Assembly: GCA_038203025.1 (NCBI GenBank)
Contig: JBBREK010000003.1
Location: 1-48,962, forward strand
Direction of reading: 5' to 3'
Source of the DNA: Planctomycetota bacterium
GTDB taxonomy: Bacteria > Planctomycetota > UBA11346
Length of the DNA stretch: 48,962 bases
The translations under genes and the position numbers were made by a program. How positions within the stretch are numbered: the stretch's first letter is position 1; each line of letters opens with the position of its first letter. The notes beneath the pieces were generated by a model. That model did not search any database. It was not told the origin of the DNA and saw only the letters and a list, made by a program, of their open reading frames with translations. Shown here in pieces: positions 38,853 to 48,518 of this stretch.

Positions 38853-40141
38853 GGTCTGTAAGGATATAACCATTACGCCTTATTCAGCCTCGGCATGATT
38901 GTGTAGTTCCAATCGCCGTGGAATTCCGCTCTGGTCATGTTCACCAATCGCATCTGCTGATCGCTGATCTTTCGGCCTACTTGGTAACTCCTCTTGTCCA
39001 ACTTGCATCTGACCTTGAGCCCACTCCGCGTGGTTGTTGACGCGATGAGATTCACGATGGTCTCATAGGTCTTCAGTGGAACTCCTTTCCACGACTGACT
39101 GATGAACGAGAAGAGTCTGTGCTCGACCTTGTTCCACTTGCTCGTTCCAGGTGGAAAGTGCATCACGGAGATTGGGATTCCTGCGGCGTCTGCCATGCGC
39201 TGTAGTTCCCATTTCCACAAACGACGTTTGTTCCCATTGCTTCCGCCAGCATCGGCCGTGATCGTAATTCTGGTTGCATGCGGATAGCTCTTTTTGCCAA
39301 CCCTATTCCACCAACTGTGGATGGCGTTCACCGCGAAGGCCGAAGTGTCGTGATCGGTTCCGACCACCACCAAGCCCTCGTTTCGGCCGAGGTCGTAGAT
39401 TCCGTAGGGGAATGCCCGTGGGACTTCAGGGTCGGGAAAGTCATGCCCGTTGACCCTTGGCGCCGTGCCCCGCTTGAGCCAGTTCCTTCCAGTATTCTTG
39501 TAGTTTCCTACCAGTTCCTTCTTCTTTGTGTCAACGGATATGACCGGATTGTCGTGTTGCATCTCCCTCTGAACACTGCGATTGATGAACTCAAATTGAG
39601 CGTTTCGGTCAGGGTGCTGATTCCCTTCCTCTGCCTTCCTGTTGCCCTGCAAGCTGTACCCAAGGCCATGAAGCATTTGTGCAACCGTCGTGTGGCTGAT
39701 CCTCACTCCGCCATGCGCTAGCTCGTCCGATAGATTTCTCGTGCTCTTGCAGGTCCAGCGCAGAGGCGACATGGGGTCGCCTTTGGATGTCGGATCAACC
39801 AACGATTCCAGCCTCTCAGCCAAAGCAGGGATTACATGTGCCGCAGTCTTCCTGCCGGCCCCGGGTCGACGAATACGGCCGGGGGCCAGCTTTATCTTGG
39901 ATGAGATGTCAGCCCGTCCGGCATAGATTGTTGGGCGCGAGATCCCCGTAGCTCTGGATACAAAGGAGATGCCCCCTGGACCTAATGCGGCCGCCTCCGT
40001 TGCAGCCCACACCCGTCGCCCGCGCTCATCGAGCACGGGGGCTAGTTGTCGGTACTGGCGGCGAAGCTGGGCGAGGCTCTTCAGGACGGAAGCCTAGCGT
40101 GCAGCGACCCGCTGTGTTGTAAATGTTATTTCCTTACAGGC
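38853..40141 (-). mobile_element. Insertion sequence, ISAzo13-like, with imperfect terminal inverted repeats and a 5-bp target duplication
   Basis: The ends GGTCTGTAAGGATATAAC (38853-) and GTTATTTCCTTACAGGCC (-40141) are inverted repeats with 2 mismatches. CTTAG flanks both ends (38848-52 and 40142-46). GC content is visibly lower than in the flanks. Confidence 0.85.
38873..40036 (-). CDS. DDE transposase (ISAzo13 / 'Rhodopirellula transposase' family)
   Basis: 387 aa with an N-terminal HTH-like GISFVSRATGISRPTIY, a DDE core, and C-terminal ...AEFHGDWNYTI. As I recall, that C-terminus is typical of ISAzo13-family transposases. Confidence 0.75.
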   Translation of the reverse strand: MLDERGRRVWAATEAAALGPGGISFVSRATGISRPTIYAGRADISSKIKLAPGRIRRPGAGRKTAAHVIPALAERLESLVDPTSKGDPMSPLRWTCKSTRNLSDELAHGGVRISHTTVAQMLHGLGYSLQGNRKAEEGNQHPDRNAQFEFINRSVQREMQHDNPVISVDTKKKELVGNYKNTGRNWLKRGTAPRVNGHDFPDPEVPRAFPYGIYDLGRNEGLVVVGTDHDTSAFAVNAIHSWWNRVGKKSYPHATRITITADAGGSNGNKRRLWKWELQRMADAAGIPISVMHFPPGTSKWNKVEHRLFSFISQSWKGVPLKTYETIVNLIASTTTRSGLKVRCKLDKRSYQVGRKISDQQMRLVNMTRAEFHGDWNYTIMPRLNKA

Positions 40142-40154
40142 CCTTAGATCCTCA

Positions 40155-40180
40155 ACGACCCCGGACATCTGTCCGGGGTC
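40155..40180. terminator. Perfect 11-bp stem-loop between the IS and the MATE gene (probable bidirectional terminator-like hairpin)
   Basis: CGACCCCGGAC-ATCT-GTCCGGGGTCG. There is no U-tract on either side. Confidence 0.45.
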
Positions 40181-40232
40181 GCTGCATGTAGTGACGCAAC
40201 AGGAGCGCCAGCGCCCTCGCCGGCACTCCCTA

Positions 40233-41609
40233 CTAAACAGCCCGGACACTCATCCCACGCCAGGGGCCGAAGCGATAGCGCAGCCACATCGCCACGGCGA
40301 TGCCGACCAGATAGGTGATGAACAACCCGTAGCAGATGCGCAGCCCGCCCAGGCCGGGGGACATGTGGGAGCGCAGCAGCCAGGCCGGCACCGCCAGCAG
40401 GACAATGGCGAGACCGACCAGCATGACCAGCGGCCAGCGCGTGTCGCCCGCCCCCTGGATCGCCGAACGCCACACCCAGTGCAGCATCTCAAAGGGCATG
40501 GCGACAGCGAGGAACAGCATCACCGGCACGGCCAGTTCCATCTGGCGATCCCACAGCACGGCGTCGCCATGATGCGCCGGCTGCAGCAACAGCCGGGGGA
40601 TCAGCACGAACGCCGCCGCGACCAGCAGCATATACGGACCGACGATGGCGAAGGCTGAACGCACCACGCGCCCGGCCTGTTCGGCGCTCCCGGCATTGCC
40701 GGCGCCAAGGGCCTGACCAACCGCGATGCTGATGCCCTGGGCGAAACCGATAACCGGGACCAGGAACAAGAGATAGGTGTTGAAGGCCAGGTTGCTGGCG
40801 CTGAGCGCGTCTGTCCCCAGCCGGGTGAGCACGGCGGTGAAGGCGACGAAGGCGAGCATCTCGAGAATCTCGGTCGCTCCGCGCGGCAGGGCAAACGACA
40901 GGAAGCGGAGCAACCGTCCGCGGTCGAGATTGCGCGCCGACCACGTCTCCAACGCGAGACGCTGGGCGGGCGCGAACAGCCAAGCCAACCAGGCGAGGCA
41001 CATGAGCACGGCGGTGGCCAGACTGGCGATGCCGGCGCCGGTAAGGCCCAGGGCCGGCATACCCAGGCCACCGAGGACCAGCCAACGGTTGAGTGCGATG
41101 CAGGTCACCGCCCCGGCTGCGCTCATGCCCAGGACCAGGCCGGTACGGCCGATACCGCTGCAGAAACCACCGATCCCCGAGGCTGCGGCCAACGGCCCGA
41201 CCTCGGCGAGGTACCAGCCGAGCAATTCGGCCAGACCGCGCTCGACCACCGGTTCGGTGCCGAAGATGCCGGCCAGTTGATGGCGCAGCGGGATCAGGCA
41301 GGCGCTGAACACCAGGCCGATGCCGGCGAGGACGAACATCGGCCAGACCATCGCCCCGGCCTCGCGGCGCTCACCGGCCGCCAGGTGCTGGGCGGCGAAG
41401 ACGCCGATATAGCCGCAGGACACCACGAACATGCCCTGGAAGGTCCAGGCCAGCATGCCGGCCGGCAGGCTGGCAGCGAGGGCCTCGGGGCTGTACCAGC
41501 TGAGCACCGTCCGATTGACGTAGTGCAGGAAAAAGCCCAGGCCGGTGCTGGCGGCCAGCGGCAGGGCCAGGCGGGCCAAGCCGCCGATGGAGGCCGCCTC
41601 GCGCTCCAT
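40233..41609 (-). CDS. MATE family efflux transporter
   Basis: 458 aa, about 12 TM segments, with an internal two-fold repeat. The N-terminal ...LALPLAASTGLGFFLHYVNRTVLSWYS and ...FALPRGATEILEMLAF are typical of MatE domains. Confidence 0.75.
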   Translation of the reverse strand: MEREAASIGGLARLALPLAASTGLGFFLHYVNRTVLSWYSPEALAASLPAGMLAWTFQGMFVVSCGYIGVFAAQHLAAGERREAGAMVWPMFVLAGIGLVFSACLIPLRHQLAGIFGTEPVVERGLAELLGWYLAEVGPLAAASGIGGFCSGIGRTGLVLGMSAAGAVTCIALNRWLVLGGLGMPALGLTGAGIASLATAVLMCLAWLAWLFAPAQRLALETWSARNLDRGRLLRFLSFALPRGATEILEMLAFVAFTAVLTRLGTDALSASNLAFNTYLLFLVPVIGFAQGISIAVGQALGAGNAGSAEQAGRVVRSAFAIVGPYMLLVAAAFVLIPRLLLQPAHHGDAVLWDRQMELAVPVMLFLAVAMPFEMLHWVWRSAIQGAGDTRWPLVMLVGLAIVLLAVPAWLLRSHMSPGLGGLRICYGLFITYLVGIAVAMWLRYRFGPWRGMSVRAV

Positions 41610-41612
41610 GAC

Positions 41613-43568
41613 TCAGGACTTCGGTGTTTCGGGCGCGGACGACCGCTGGACCACCACCTTCTGCACCGGCTTGTCGGCCAGCTTGGTGCCGCGGGTACCG
41701 ACGCCGCAGGGCTCCAGCTTGCCCAGGTCGACGACCTGCTCGTGCACGCGTTGGCCCTTGGCCGGGGCGAAGTACAGGGTGGCGACGCCGCCGATGCCGA
41801 CACGGAAGAAGTCGATCTTGCCGGCCCGGTCCTTGATCAGTTCGTAATCGCGATCCTTGATGAACGAACTGATCGTCGTGACCTTGCCCCACGGCTCGCG
41901 CTTCTTGTCGCGGTAGACGATGGTGACGGTCAGGCCGGCCGTCGGATCGAAGAGGTCGAGGTGCAGCATCTTGCCTTCCAGCACCGTCTTCTCGGTCGGC
42001 CCCATGATGCGATACATGCCGTCCTGCATGATGGCGATGAATCGGTCGTACTCGCTGATCTTCAGCTCGCGGTCGCCGCTCTTCACCGCCGAGCCGAGGA
42101 AGCCGGTCGAGGCGTCATAGCCGATGCGTAGGTTGGCGATGGCCACCGCCTTCTTGTCGACCGTCTCGAAGCCCTTGACCTTGGTGCGACGCGGGAACTT
42201 CGGGCCGTACTTGGCGAGCAGGCCTTCGAGCCAGCCGATGCAGGTGCCGACCAGATCTTTCAGCTTGGCCTTGATCGCCTTGATCTCGGCCTCGATGGCG
42301 CCGATGTCCTTGCGGTTCTGCTCGATGTCAAAGGCGCTGATGCGCTTGATCGGGATCTCCAGCAGGCGGGTGACGTCCTCATCGGTGAGGTCGCGGATGA
42401 ACTGGGCTTTGAACGCCTCCATGCCCTTGAGTACGGCGTTCTTCACCCCTTCCGCCGTCTTCTGTTCCTCGATCCGCTTGTAGACGCGGTTCTCGATGAA
42501 GATGCGTTCCAGGGTCAGGCTATGCTGCTTCGCCACCAGCTTGCCCAGCTCGTGCTCCAGCTCGGCCTTGGCCAGGACCTGAAGGCGTTCGGTGCAGGCG
42601 CGCAGCAGGTCGGCGACCTGCAGCTCGACCGGCTTGTCGTCGCGGATGACGACGATGTTCGAGTTGATCGAGTTCTCGCAGCTGGTGTAAGCGTAGAGCT
42701 GCGGGATGACCTCGTCGGCGTAGACGCCGCGCTGCAGGGCCAGGACGATCTCGACCTCGGAGCCGGTGCGGTCGCTGATCTCGCTGATCTTGACCTTGCC
42801 CTTCTGGATCGCCTCCTCGATCGACTCGATCAGGCTCTCGACCGTGGTGCCGGGCGGGATCTCGCGGATCACCACCTTCTTGTCGCCGTCGTTGTCGATC
42901 TTGGCGCGAACCCGGACCTTGCCCTTGCCGTCGTCGTACTCCGAGGCGTCCATGATCCCGCCCTGCGGGAAGTCCGGATACAGACGGAAGCGCTCGCCCT
43001 TGAGAATGGCGATCTGGCCCTTGAGCAGATCGCCGAGATTGTGCGGCAGGATCGAGGTGGCCATGCCCACCGCGATGCCCTCGGTGCCGAGCAGGAGAAT
43101 GGTCGGCAGCTTGCTGGGCAGGGCTTCGGGCTCTTCCTTGCGGCCGTCGTAGGACGGGACCATCGGGGTCAGGGCCGGATTGAAGAGCGTCTCCTTGGCC
43201 AGGGCAGACAGACGGCATTCGATGTAGCGCGGCGCGGCGGCGTTGTCGCCGGTGAGGATGTTGCCGAAGTTGCCCTGGCGCTCGATGAAGTAGCCGAGGT
43301 CCGCATCGCCGGGCGAACGCCCCTTGTTGGCCAGCACCACCAGGGCATCGCCGATCGAGGCGTCGCCGTGCGGGTGCAGCTTCATGGTCTCGCCGATGAC
43401 GTTGGCGACCTTCATGAACTTGCCGTCGTCCATCGTCCACAGCGTGTGCAGGATACGTCGCTGCACAGGTTTACAGCCATCGCGCAGGTCGGGGATGGCG
43501 CGGTCGACGACGACGTAGCTGGCGTACTCGAGGAAGTTCCGCCGCATCAACGGTTCAAGATAGGCCAT
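41613..43568 (-). CDS. parC: Type IIA topoisomerase subunit A (ParC/GyrA-like, short form)
   Basis: RAIPDLRDGCKPVQRRIL, HPHGDASI, and active-site AAAPRYIECRL. At 651 aa it is shorter than canonical GyrA/ParC. No B-subunit gene is in the window. Confidence 0.75.
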   Translation of the reverse strand: MAYLEPLMRRNFLEYASYVVVDRAIPDLRDGCKPVQRRILHTLWTMDDGKFMKVANVIGETMKLHPHGDASIGDALVVLANKGRSPGDADLGYFIERQGNFGNILTGDNAAAPRYIECRLSALAKETLFNPALTPMVPSYDGRKEEPEALPSKLPTILLLGTEGIAVGMATSILPHNLGDLLKGQIAILKGERFRLYPDFPQGGIMDASEYDDGKGKVRVRAKIDNDGDKKVVIREIPPGTTVESLIESIEEAIQKGKVKISEISDRTGSEVEIVLALQRGVYADEVIPQLYAYTSCENSINSNIVVIRDDKPVELQVADLLRACTERLQVLAKAELEHELGKLVAKQHSLTLERIFIENRVYKRIEEQKTAEGVKNAVLKGMEAFKAQFIRDLTDEDVTRLLEIPIKRISAFDIEQNRKDIGAIEAEIKAIKAKLKDLVGTCIGWLEGLLAKYGPKFPRRTKVKGFETVDKKAVAIANLRIGYDASTGFLGSAVKSGDRELKISEYDRFIAIMQDGMYRIMGPTEKTVLEGKMLHLDLFDPTAGLTVTIVYRDKKREPWGKVTTISSFIKDRDYELIKDRAGKIDFFRVGIGGVATLYFAPAKGQRVHEQVVDLGKLEPCGVGTRGTKLADKPVQKVVVQRSSAPETPKS

Positions 43569-43637
43569 GCATGCTCCGAAGGTGAAGCAGCATGGCTCAT
43601 GCCACAGGCGGGCAAGATCCGCCCGGGGCTCGGCTGC

Positions 43638-44342
43638 TCAGGCGGCGAGAGCCTGCTCGATCGACTTGGCCACCGTCGGGATGTCAGCGCCAGCGTCGAT
43701 GAAGTGGCAGGGGAAGGTGCCCTGCAGCGACTTCAGCGCGTCGACGGTCTGCTCCTGGAAGACGCGGAAGCGCTTCGCGGCGCTGGCCGGATCGACGTCG
43801 GTGGCACGGATGTCCTGCATCAATCCACCCTGCTTGCGGGCCAGTTCGTTGCTGAGCACGGCCTCGCGGCCACGCTTGATCTGGCGCTCGACAGCAACGT
43901 CCTCGGCGACGTTCAGCACCACCACGCGCACACTCGGCGGATTGCCCAGCAGAGCCAGCTTGGCGACGAACAGACGCAGAAATTCGGCCTGGGCAGGCGA
44001 GCGCGGGAAGCCGTCGACGATGGCGCCGGCAACGTATTGCGGTTCAAGCAGCTTCTTGAGCAGCAGGCCGACCACATCCTTGTCGCCAACCAGGGCACCG
44101 CTGTTCTTGATCTTGATGAATTCGGGCGAGGAGAGCAGGTCGGAGACCACCACCGGCTGCCGCTCGATGCCAAGGATGTTCATGATCGTGCGGGTGTTGG
44201 TGCCCTTGCCGGCGCCGGGCGCACCGTTCAACCACACCAGCTGGCGCGGGAAGACCGGCGGCTTGCCGGCGCAGACGGCCTCGATCTGGGGCCATACATC
44301 GGACATCAGCTGTTGGGCGGTGGCGGCGGGGTCGGCAGGCAT
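43638..44342 (-). CDS. Adenylate/nucleoside-monophosphate kinase family protein
   Basis: P-loop NGAPGAGKGT and DGFPRSPAQAEFL (the NMP-kinase DGFPR motif). There is no recognisable zinc lid. Confidence 0.65.
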   Translation of the reverse strand: MPADPAATAQQLMSDVWPQIEAVCAGKPPVFPRQLVWLNGAPGAGKGTNTRTIMNILGIERQPVVVSDLLSSPEFIKIKNSGALVGDKDVVGLLLKKLLEPQYVAGAIVDGFPRSPAQAEFLRLFVAKLALLGNPPSVRVVVLNVAEDVAVERQIKRGREAVLSNELARKQGGLMQDIRATDVDPASAAKRFRVFQEQTVDALKSLQGTFPCHFIDAGADIPTVAKSIEQALAA

Positions 44343-44420
44343 GGGGTTCTCCGGTTTGGACCTACGACGATACCCATGCGGGATCTGGCCTCAAGCGCGA
44401 CCCCCGGCCGCCGTCGATCC

Positions 44421-46436
44421 TTAACGGTCGCGCATGCCCGGATGCACCAATGGCCGCAAACGCTCGGCTTCGGCGCGCAGGGCTGTCGCCCGATCGGCAG
44501 CAGCCGGCAGGGCCGATGCTGCACGATCAAGCACCCCGGCGGCGAGTTCGAGCACCCGTGGCGCGGTTGGCGCCAGACTGGCAGCGCGTTCGGCTTCGTC
44601 GACGGCCTCGCGCCAGCGCTTGCCGGCTGCCAGCAGGCGGGCATGGCGCAGAGCGATGGCCGCGCTGTGCGGTGCGGCGGCAGCCAGCTCGTCGGCCAGG
44701 TCGAGGGTCCGTGGTTCTGCCGGTAGCAGTTCGAGGGCCGCCAGACGGGTGCCAGGGGCCCCAGCGGCCAAGTCCCAGGCGCGCTGTCCGGCCGCGGCGG
44801 CCAGGGCCTGGGGCGAGGTCGTCGGATCGGCACCCAGGCGCAAGGCCAGCACCATCGCCACCTGCGGATCCGTGGACTGACGGGCGGTCGCGACCCAGTC
44901 CTCAGCCTCGGCTAGGCGCAGCGCGGTGGTCATGCCGCTGGCGACAACGATGGCGGCGGCCACGGCCCCGATGGCGGGGATCCAGCGACCGACGGCGCCA
45001 AGCGCCTGCCGCGCCGGAGCGTTGGCGATAACCGTGACCAGCAGGGCGGTGCCGATGACGCCGCCAGCGTGGAAGTCAAAATCGATCAGCGCCTTCAGCG
45101 CCACCGCGCACAGCCCGCCCGCCCAGGCCCAGGCCGGCGGCGGCTCGGCCCGCCACAGGGCCAGCGCCACGCCAGCGGCGAGACCTCCAAGCAGCGTTGC
45201 CCAGCCGAGGTTGGCGAGCAGTCCGCCGCCCGGCCACCAGCCCAGGTTGCCGTCGAAGGCGCCGAGCAGCGCGAGGTAGGGCACGGCGAAAGCCAGCGCC
45301 AGCACTAGGGCGCGCGACGGGCCGGGACTGGGGAGTGGTTCGATTTCGCTGCGTCGCGGCCAGGCCAGAACCAGCAGCGCGACAGCGGCGAGGGCGCCCA
45401 GGATCCAGCCACCAGCGACCGCGGCCTCGAGGACCTCGTTGTGGACAAAGCGGGTCGGTTCATCGCCTGGCAGCATGATGCGCGGTTGGTTCGCGGCGAA
45501 ACCACCGAGGCCGTGCGCCCCCTCGTTGGCCAAGATGATGGCCGAGCGCCAATAGCCCTCGCGCACCGCAATGCTGCCTGCGGCGAGACCGGACCACAGC
45601 AGGCCCGCAACTCCGAGAATGCCCAGTGGCAGGGGCAACCAGTGCCACAAGCGGCCGAAGAAGGCCAGCCACCAAGCCAGGCCGCAGCCGGTGGCAAGGG
45701 CAACCCAGGCGCCTTTGGCACCGGTGAAGAAGAGGGCGGCGGCAGCGAGCAGGATGAGGCCGACGGTCGTCGACACGACAAGCGACCGCGCGGGCTGAAG
45801 CCCACGGTCCTTGAAGGCCTTCCAGGCGAGGCCGGCGAGAACCGGCAGCAGCAGGGCGAGATAGGCGCCGAACTGGTTGGACAGGGTGAAGGTGGCGAAG
45901 ACGCCGCCGTTGGCGATGCGCTCGCTGATCGCCCCGGCGTCGCCGGGCATGGCGGCGAAGATGCTGGAGCCGGCCTGCTGCGCCGCAGCCATGGCCGGCA
46001 GCACCCAGACGGGCTGGGCGAGGCCGAGGATGGCGGTGACGGCGAGGCCGGCGCCCAGGGCGGCGATAGCCAGCCGCTGACGGCCGGACAGCACCTGCAT
46101 GACGTAGCCGGCGCCGGCGACGCAGGCCACCCAGCCGGTCCAGCGGCACCATGCCGGAGCCGGCTCGGCGGCGTCCAGCACTGCCGGCAGCAGGGCAAGA
46201 ATCAGCGCGACGGCGACCACGCCCCGCCAGCTCCACAGCCAGGCTTGGCGTAGGCCGGCCGCCTGCTCCAGCGCCACGATGAGCAGGGCGCCGACCGCCA
46301 GCCCCTGCCACACCAGCTCGGCCGGCTGCCCGGGCATACCGTCCCAGCACCAGGGCCGCATCGCCACCAGCAGCAGCACGAGCACATCGTGCACCCGGTC
46401 GAGGATCGGCGGACGGACCTGATCAACCGTGGTCAC
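44421..46436 (-). CDS. O-antigen ligase (Wzy_C)-like polytopic membrane protein with C-terminal TPR-like region
   Basis: 671 aa with about 10-12 TM segments and a periplasmic loop ...FVHNEVLEAAVAGG (the H-N-x-x-L-E pattern of the O-antigen ligase family). The C-terminus is Ala-rich and helical. Overlaps the upstream transferase gene by 14 nt. Confidence 0.6.
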   Translation of the reverse strand: MTTVDQVRPPILDRVHDVLVLLLVAMRPWCWDGMPGQPAELVWQGLAVGALLIVALEQAAGLRQAWLWSWRGVVAVALILALLPAVLDAAEPAPAWCRWTGWVACVAGAGYVMQVLSGRQRLAIAALGAGLAVTAILGLAQPVWVLPAMAAAQQAGSSIFAAMPGDAGAISERIANGGVFATFTLSNQFGAYLALLLPVLAGLAWKAFKDRGLQPARSLVVSTTVGLILLAAAALFFTGAKGAWVALATGCGLAWWLAFFGRLWHWLPLPLGILGVAGLLWSGLAAGSIAVREGYWRSAIILANEGAHGLGGFAANQPRIMLPGDEPTRFVHNEVLEAAVAGGWILGALAAVALLVLAWPRRSEIEPLPSPGPSRALVLALAFAVPYLALLGAFDGNLGWWPGGGLLANLGWATLLGGLAAGVALALWRAEPPPAWAWAGGLCAVALKALIDFDFHAGGVIGTALLVTVIANAPARQALGAVGRWIPAIGAVAAAIVVASGMTTALRLAEAEDWVATARQSTDPQVAMVLALRLGADPTTSPQALAAAAGQRAWDLAAGAPGTRLAALELLPAEPRTLDLADELAAAAPHSAAIALRHARLLAAGKRWREAVDEAERAASLAPTAPRVLELAAGVLDRAASALPAAADRATALRAEAERLRPLVHPGMRDR

Positions 46437-47463
46437 GCGACGTCTCCAGCAGCACCAGCGCGATGCACACCGCGGCCGCCTGGGCGAGCGAGACGACTGC
46501 CGCGATCGGATCAGCGTTGCGCAGCTGGAAGCTGGAGGCCGCCAGCGCCACCTGCAGCGCGACCACCGCGCCCAGGCTGGCCTTCGGGCCGACGCCCAGC
46601 CGGGTCAGCCGGTGGCTGATATGGTTACGGTCGCCGCGCATGATCGGCGCCCCGCGGCGCAGACGCTTGACCACCACGGCGATCGAGTCGAACAGTGGGA
46701 TGGCGCAGATCAGCACCGGCGAGAGCAGGGCCAGCGGGCTACCGCCCTCTGCGCTCGGCCAGAAGGTCGTGCCGAGGGTGCCGCAGCCGATGAGGAAGCC
46801 GATCGCCAGGCTGCCGGCATCGCCCATGTAGATGCGCGCCGGCGGCCGGTTGAGCAGGAGGAACCCGCCGAGCGCCGCCGACAGGCACAGCCACATGCGT
46901 GCCATCGCCGCATCGCCGCCGAGCATCGCCCCACCGCCAAGCGCGACGCAGCCGATCAGGGCCACGGCGGCAGACAGGCCATCGGCGTGGTCGAGCAGGT
47001 TGTAGGCATTGGTGATGAGCACCAGCCAAGCGAAGGCGGCGAGCCAGGCCAAAGCGGGATGCCACTGGCGCAGGAAGTCGACCGGCAGGTCGCTGAGCGA
47101 CACCACCGCCGCGCTGATCAGCATCTGCAACACCAGCTTCATGCGGGCCGGCAGCGGCCGGGCATCGTCAACCAGCCCAAGTACGACCAGGCCTGCGGCG
47201 CCAGCCAGCACGATCCACGGCAGCGTGCGTCCACCATCGTCCAGCGGCAGGCCGAGCCGAGCGACAGCGATCGCGGCGATCATCGCCAAGGCCATGGCCG
47301 GCCCGCCGCCATAGGGCACGGTGCGGTGCTGCAACTTGTGCGCCTCGCTGCCCGGCCGGTCGACCAGACCCAGGCTGGGCGCCAGACGGATGGCCAGCCG
47401 GCAGAACAGGTAGGCGCCGGTCAGCGCGACCAGCGGCGGCAGCAGCCAGGCGAGGATCAGCAC
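46423..47463 (-). CDS. MraY/WecA-family polyprenyl-phosphate sugar-1-phosphate transferase (GT4)
   Basis: 346 aa, polytopic, with NAYNLLDHADGL (the NxxNxxDGxDGL motif) and MGDAGSLAIGF. Confidence 0.8.
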   Translation of the reverse strand: MLILAWLLPPLVALTGAYLFCRLAIRLAPSLGLVDRPGSEAHKLQHRTVPYGGGPAMALAMIAAIAVARLGLPLDDGGRTLPWIVLAGAAGLVVLGLVDDARPLPARMKLVLQMLISAAVVSLSDLPVDFLRQWHPALAWLAAFAWLVLITNAYNLLDHADGLSAAVALIGCVALGGGAMLGGDAAMARMWLCLSAALGGFLLLNRPPARIYMGDAGSLAIGFLIGCGTLGTTFWPSAEGGSPLALLSPVLICAIPLFDSIAVVVKRLRRGAPIMRGDRNHISHRLTRLGVGPKASLGAVVALQVALAASSFQLRNADPIAAVVSLAQAAAVCIALVLLETSRDHG

Positions 47464-47532
47464 GGAGGCCCAGCCTGCGGCATCCGCCCGCCCGACGCCA
47501 GTCCCATCAGGCCGGTGCCGACCGGCACAGTA

Positions 47533-48441
47533 TCAGTGCCCAGCTAGGGCCTTGGCGAAGCTCTTGGGATCGACGCTGCCGAAGCCACCGGCAGCGTCGA
47601 CCACCGTACCCTTCAGCACAGCCGCGGCCGGCGTGCCGCACAGGGTGGCGACGTCGGCGGTGTCCTGGGTCTCGAAAACCTTCAGGCCTTGGGCCTTGGC
47701 GCCGGCGACACCAGCGTCGAGCTGGCTCATCAGCGCCGAGCGCGTCCACGCGATCGACACGCCGGTGTAGCAGCCGTTCTTGCGCTCGCCGACCTCGTTC
47801 TGGCCCTGCACCACGATCGGGATGAGCGCCTGCTTGGTCGACGGGTAGAGGCCCGAGCCCTGCAGACGGCCATCATTGGGCGACAGCGGCACGACCACGT
47901 ACCAGGCCTTGTCGCGCGGTGCGCGGCGGGCGTGCTGGGTGCACAGGTGGAAGACGCCGAAGACGTTCACCGCAAAGACGCGCTGGTAGTCCTCGGGCTT
48001 GATGCCGACGAACAGGCAGGGGTGGTTGATGGCGGCGAAGGGGAAGACGTGGGTCGCGGCGAGATTGTCCTGCTTGAGCCGGTCGAGCAGGGCGTCGACC
48101 TGGGCGAAGTCGCCCTGGTTGACCTGCGCCGGCAACACCCGGCCCGCCCCCGCCTCGCCAGCTAGCAGCGTCGCCACGGCGACGATCTTCTCCAGATCGC
48201 GCGAACCGGTGATGACCACGCTGGCGCCGCCGCGCAGCAGATTGCGCGCGATGGCATAGCCGATCGAGTGCGGGTCGGAGGCGCCGGTGACGATGGCGAC
48301 CGCGCCGGCGAAGCTGATCCCGGCTTTGGCCGAGGCCAGCAAATCGGGGAAGCGCGGATCATCGACCAGGGCCGGATCGATCTGCGGGGTCCAGGTGCCA
48401 GGCTTGCCGTCGCCGATCCAGGTGCCGAATGCTGCGCTCAT
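47533..48441 (-). CDS. SDR-family oxidoreductase
   Basis: The start is placed at ATG 48441 (MSAAFGTWIG...). Rossmann motif VTGASDPHSIGYAIA and catalytic YPSTK. The substrate is unknown. Confidence 0.6.
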   Translation of the reverse strand: MSAAFGTWIGDGKPGTWTPQIDPALVDDPRFPDLLASAKAGISFAGAVAIVTGASDPHSIGYAIARNLLRGGASVVITGSRDLEKIVAVATLLAGEAGAGRVLPAQVNQGDFAQVDALLDRLKQDNLAATHVFPFAAINHPCLFVGIKPEDYQRVFAVNVFGVFHLCTQHARRAPRDKAWYVVVPLSPNDGRLQGSGLYPSTKQALIPIVVQGQNEVGERKNGCYTGVSIAWTRSALMSQLDAGVAGAKAQGLKVFETQDTADVATLCGTPAAAVLKGTVVDAAGGFGSVDPKSFAKALAGH

Positions 48442-48518
48442 GGGATCTCCAGGGGAAGGCGGCATGGTGCGGACGCGCGAGGGTTGCTCAAGCGCCCGCG
48501 GGGGCACCATCCCCGGCC

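Noticed and set aside
42522-44726. 734-aa plus-strand ORF
   Set aside because: It is antisense to the parC-like and adenylate-kinase-like genes. Its sequence is low-complexity.
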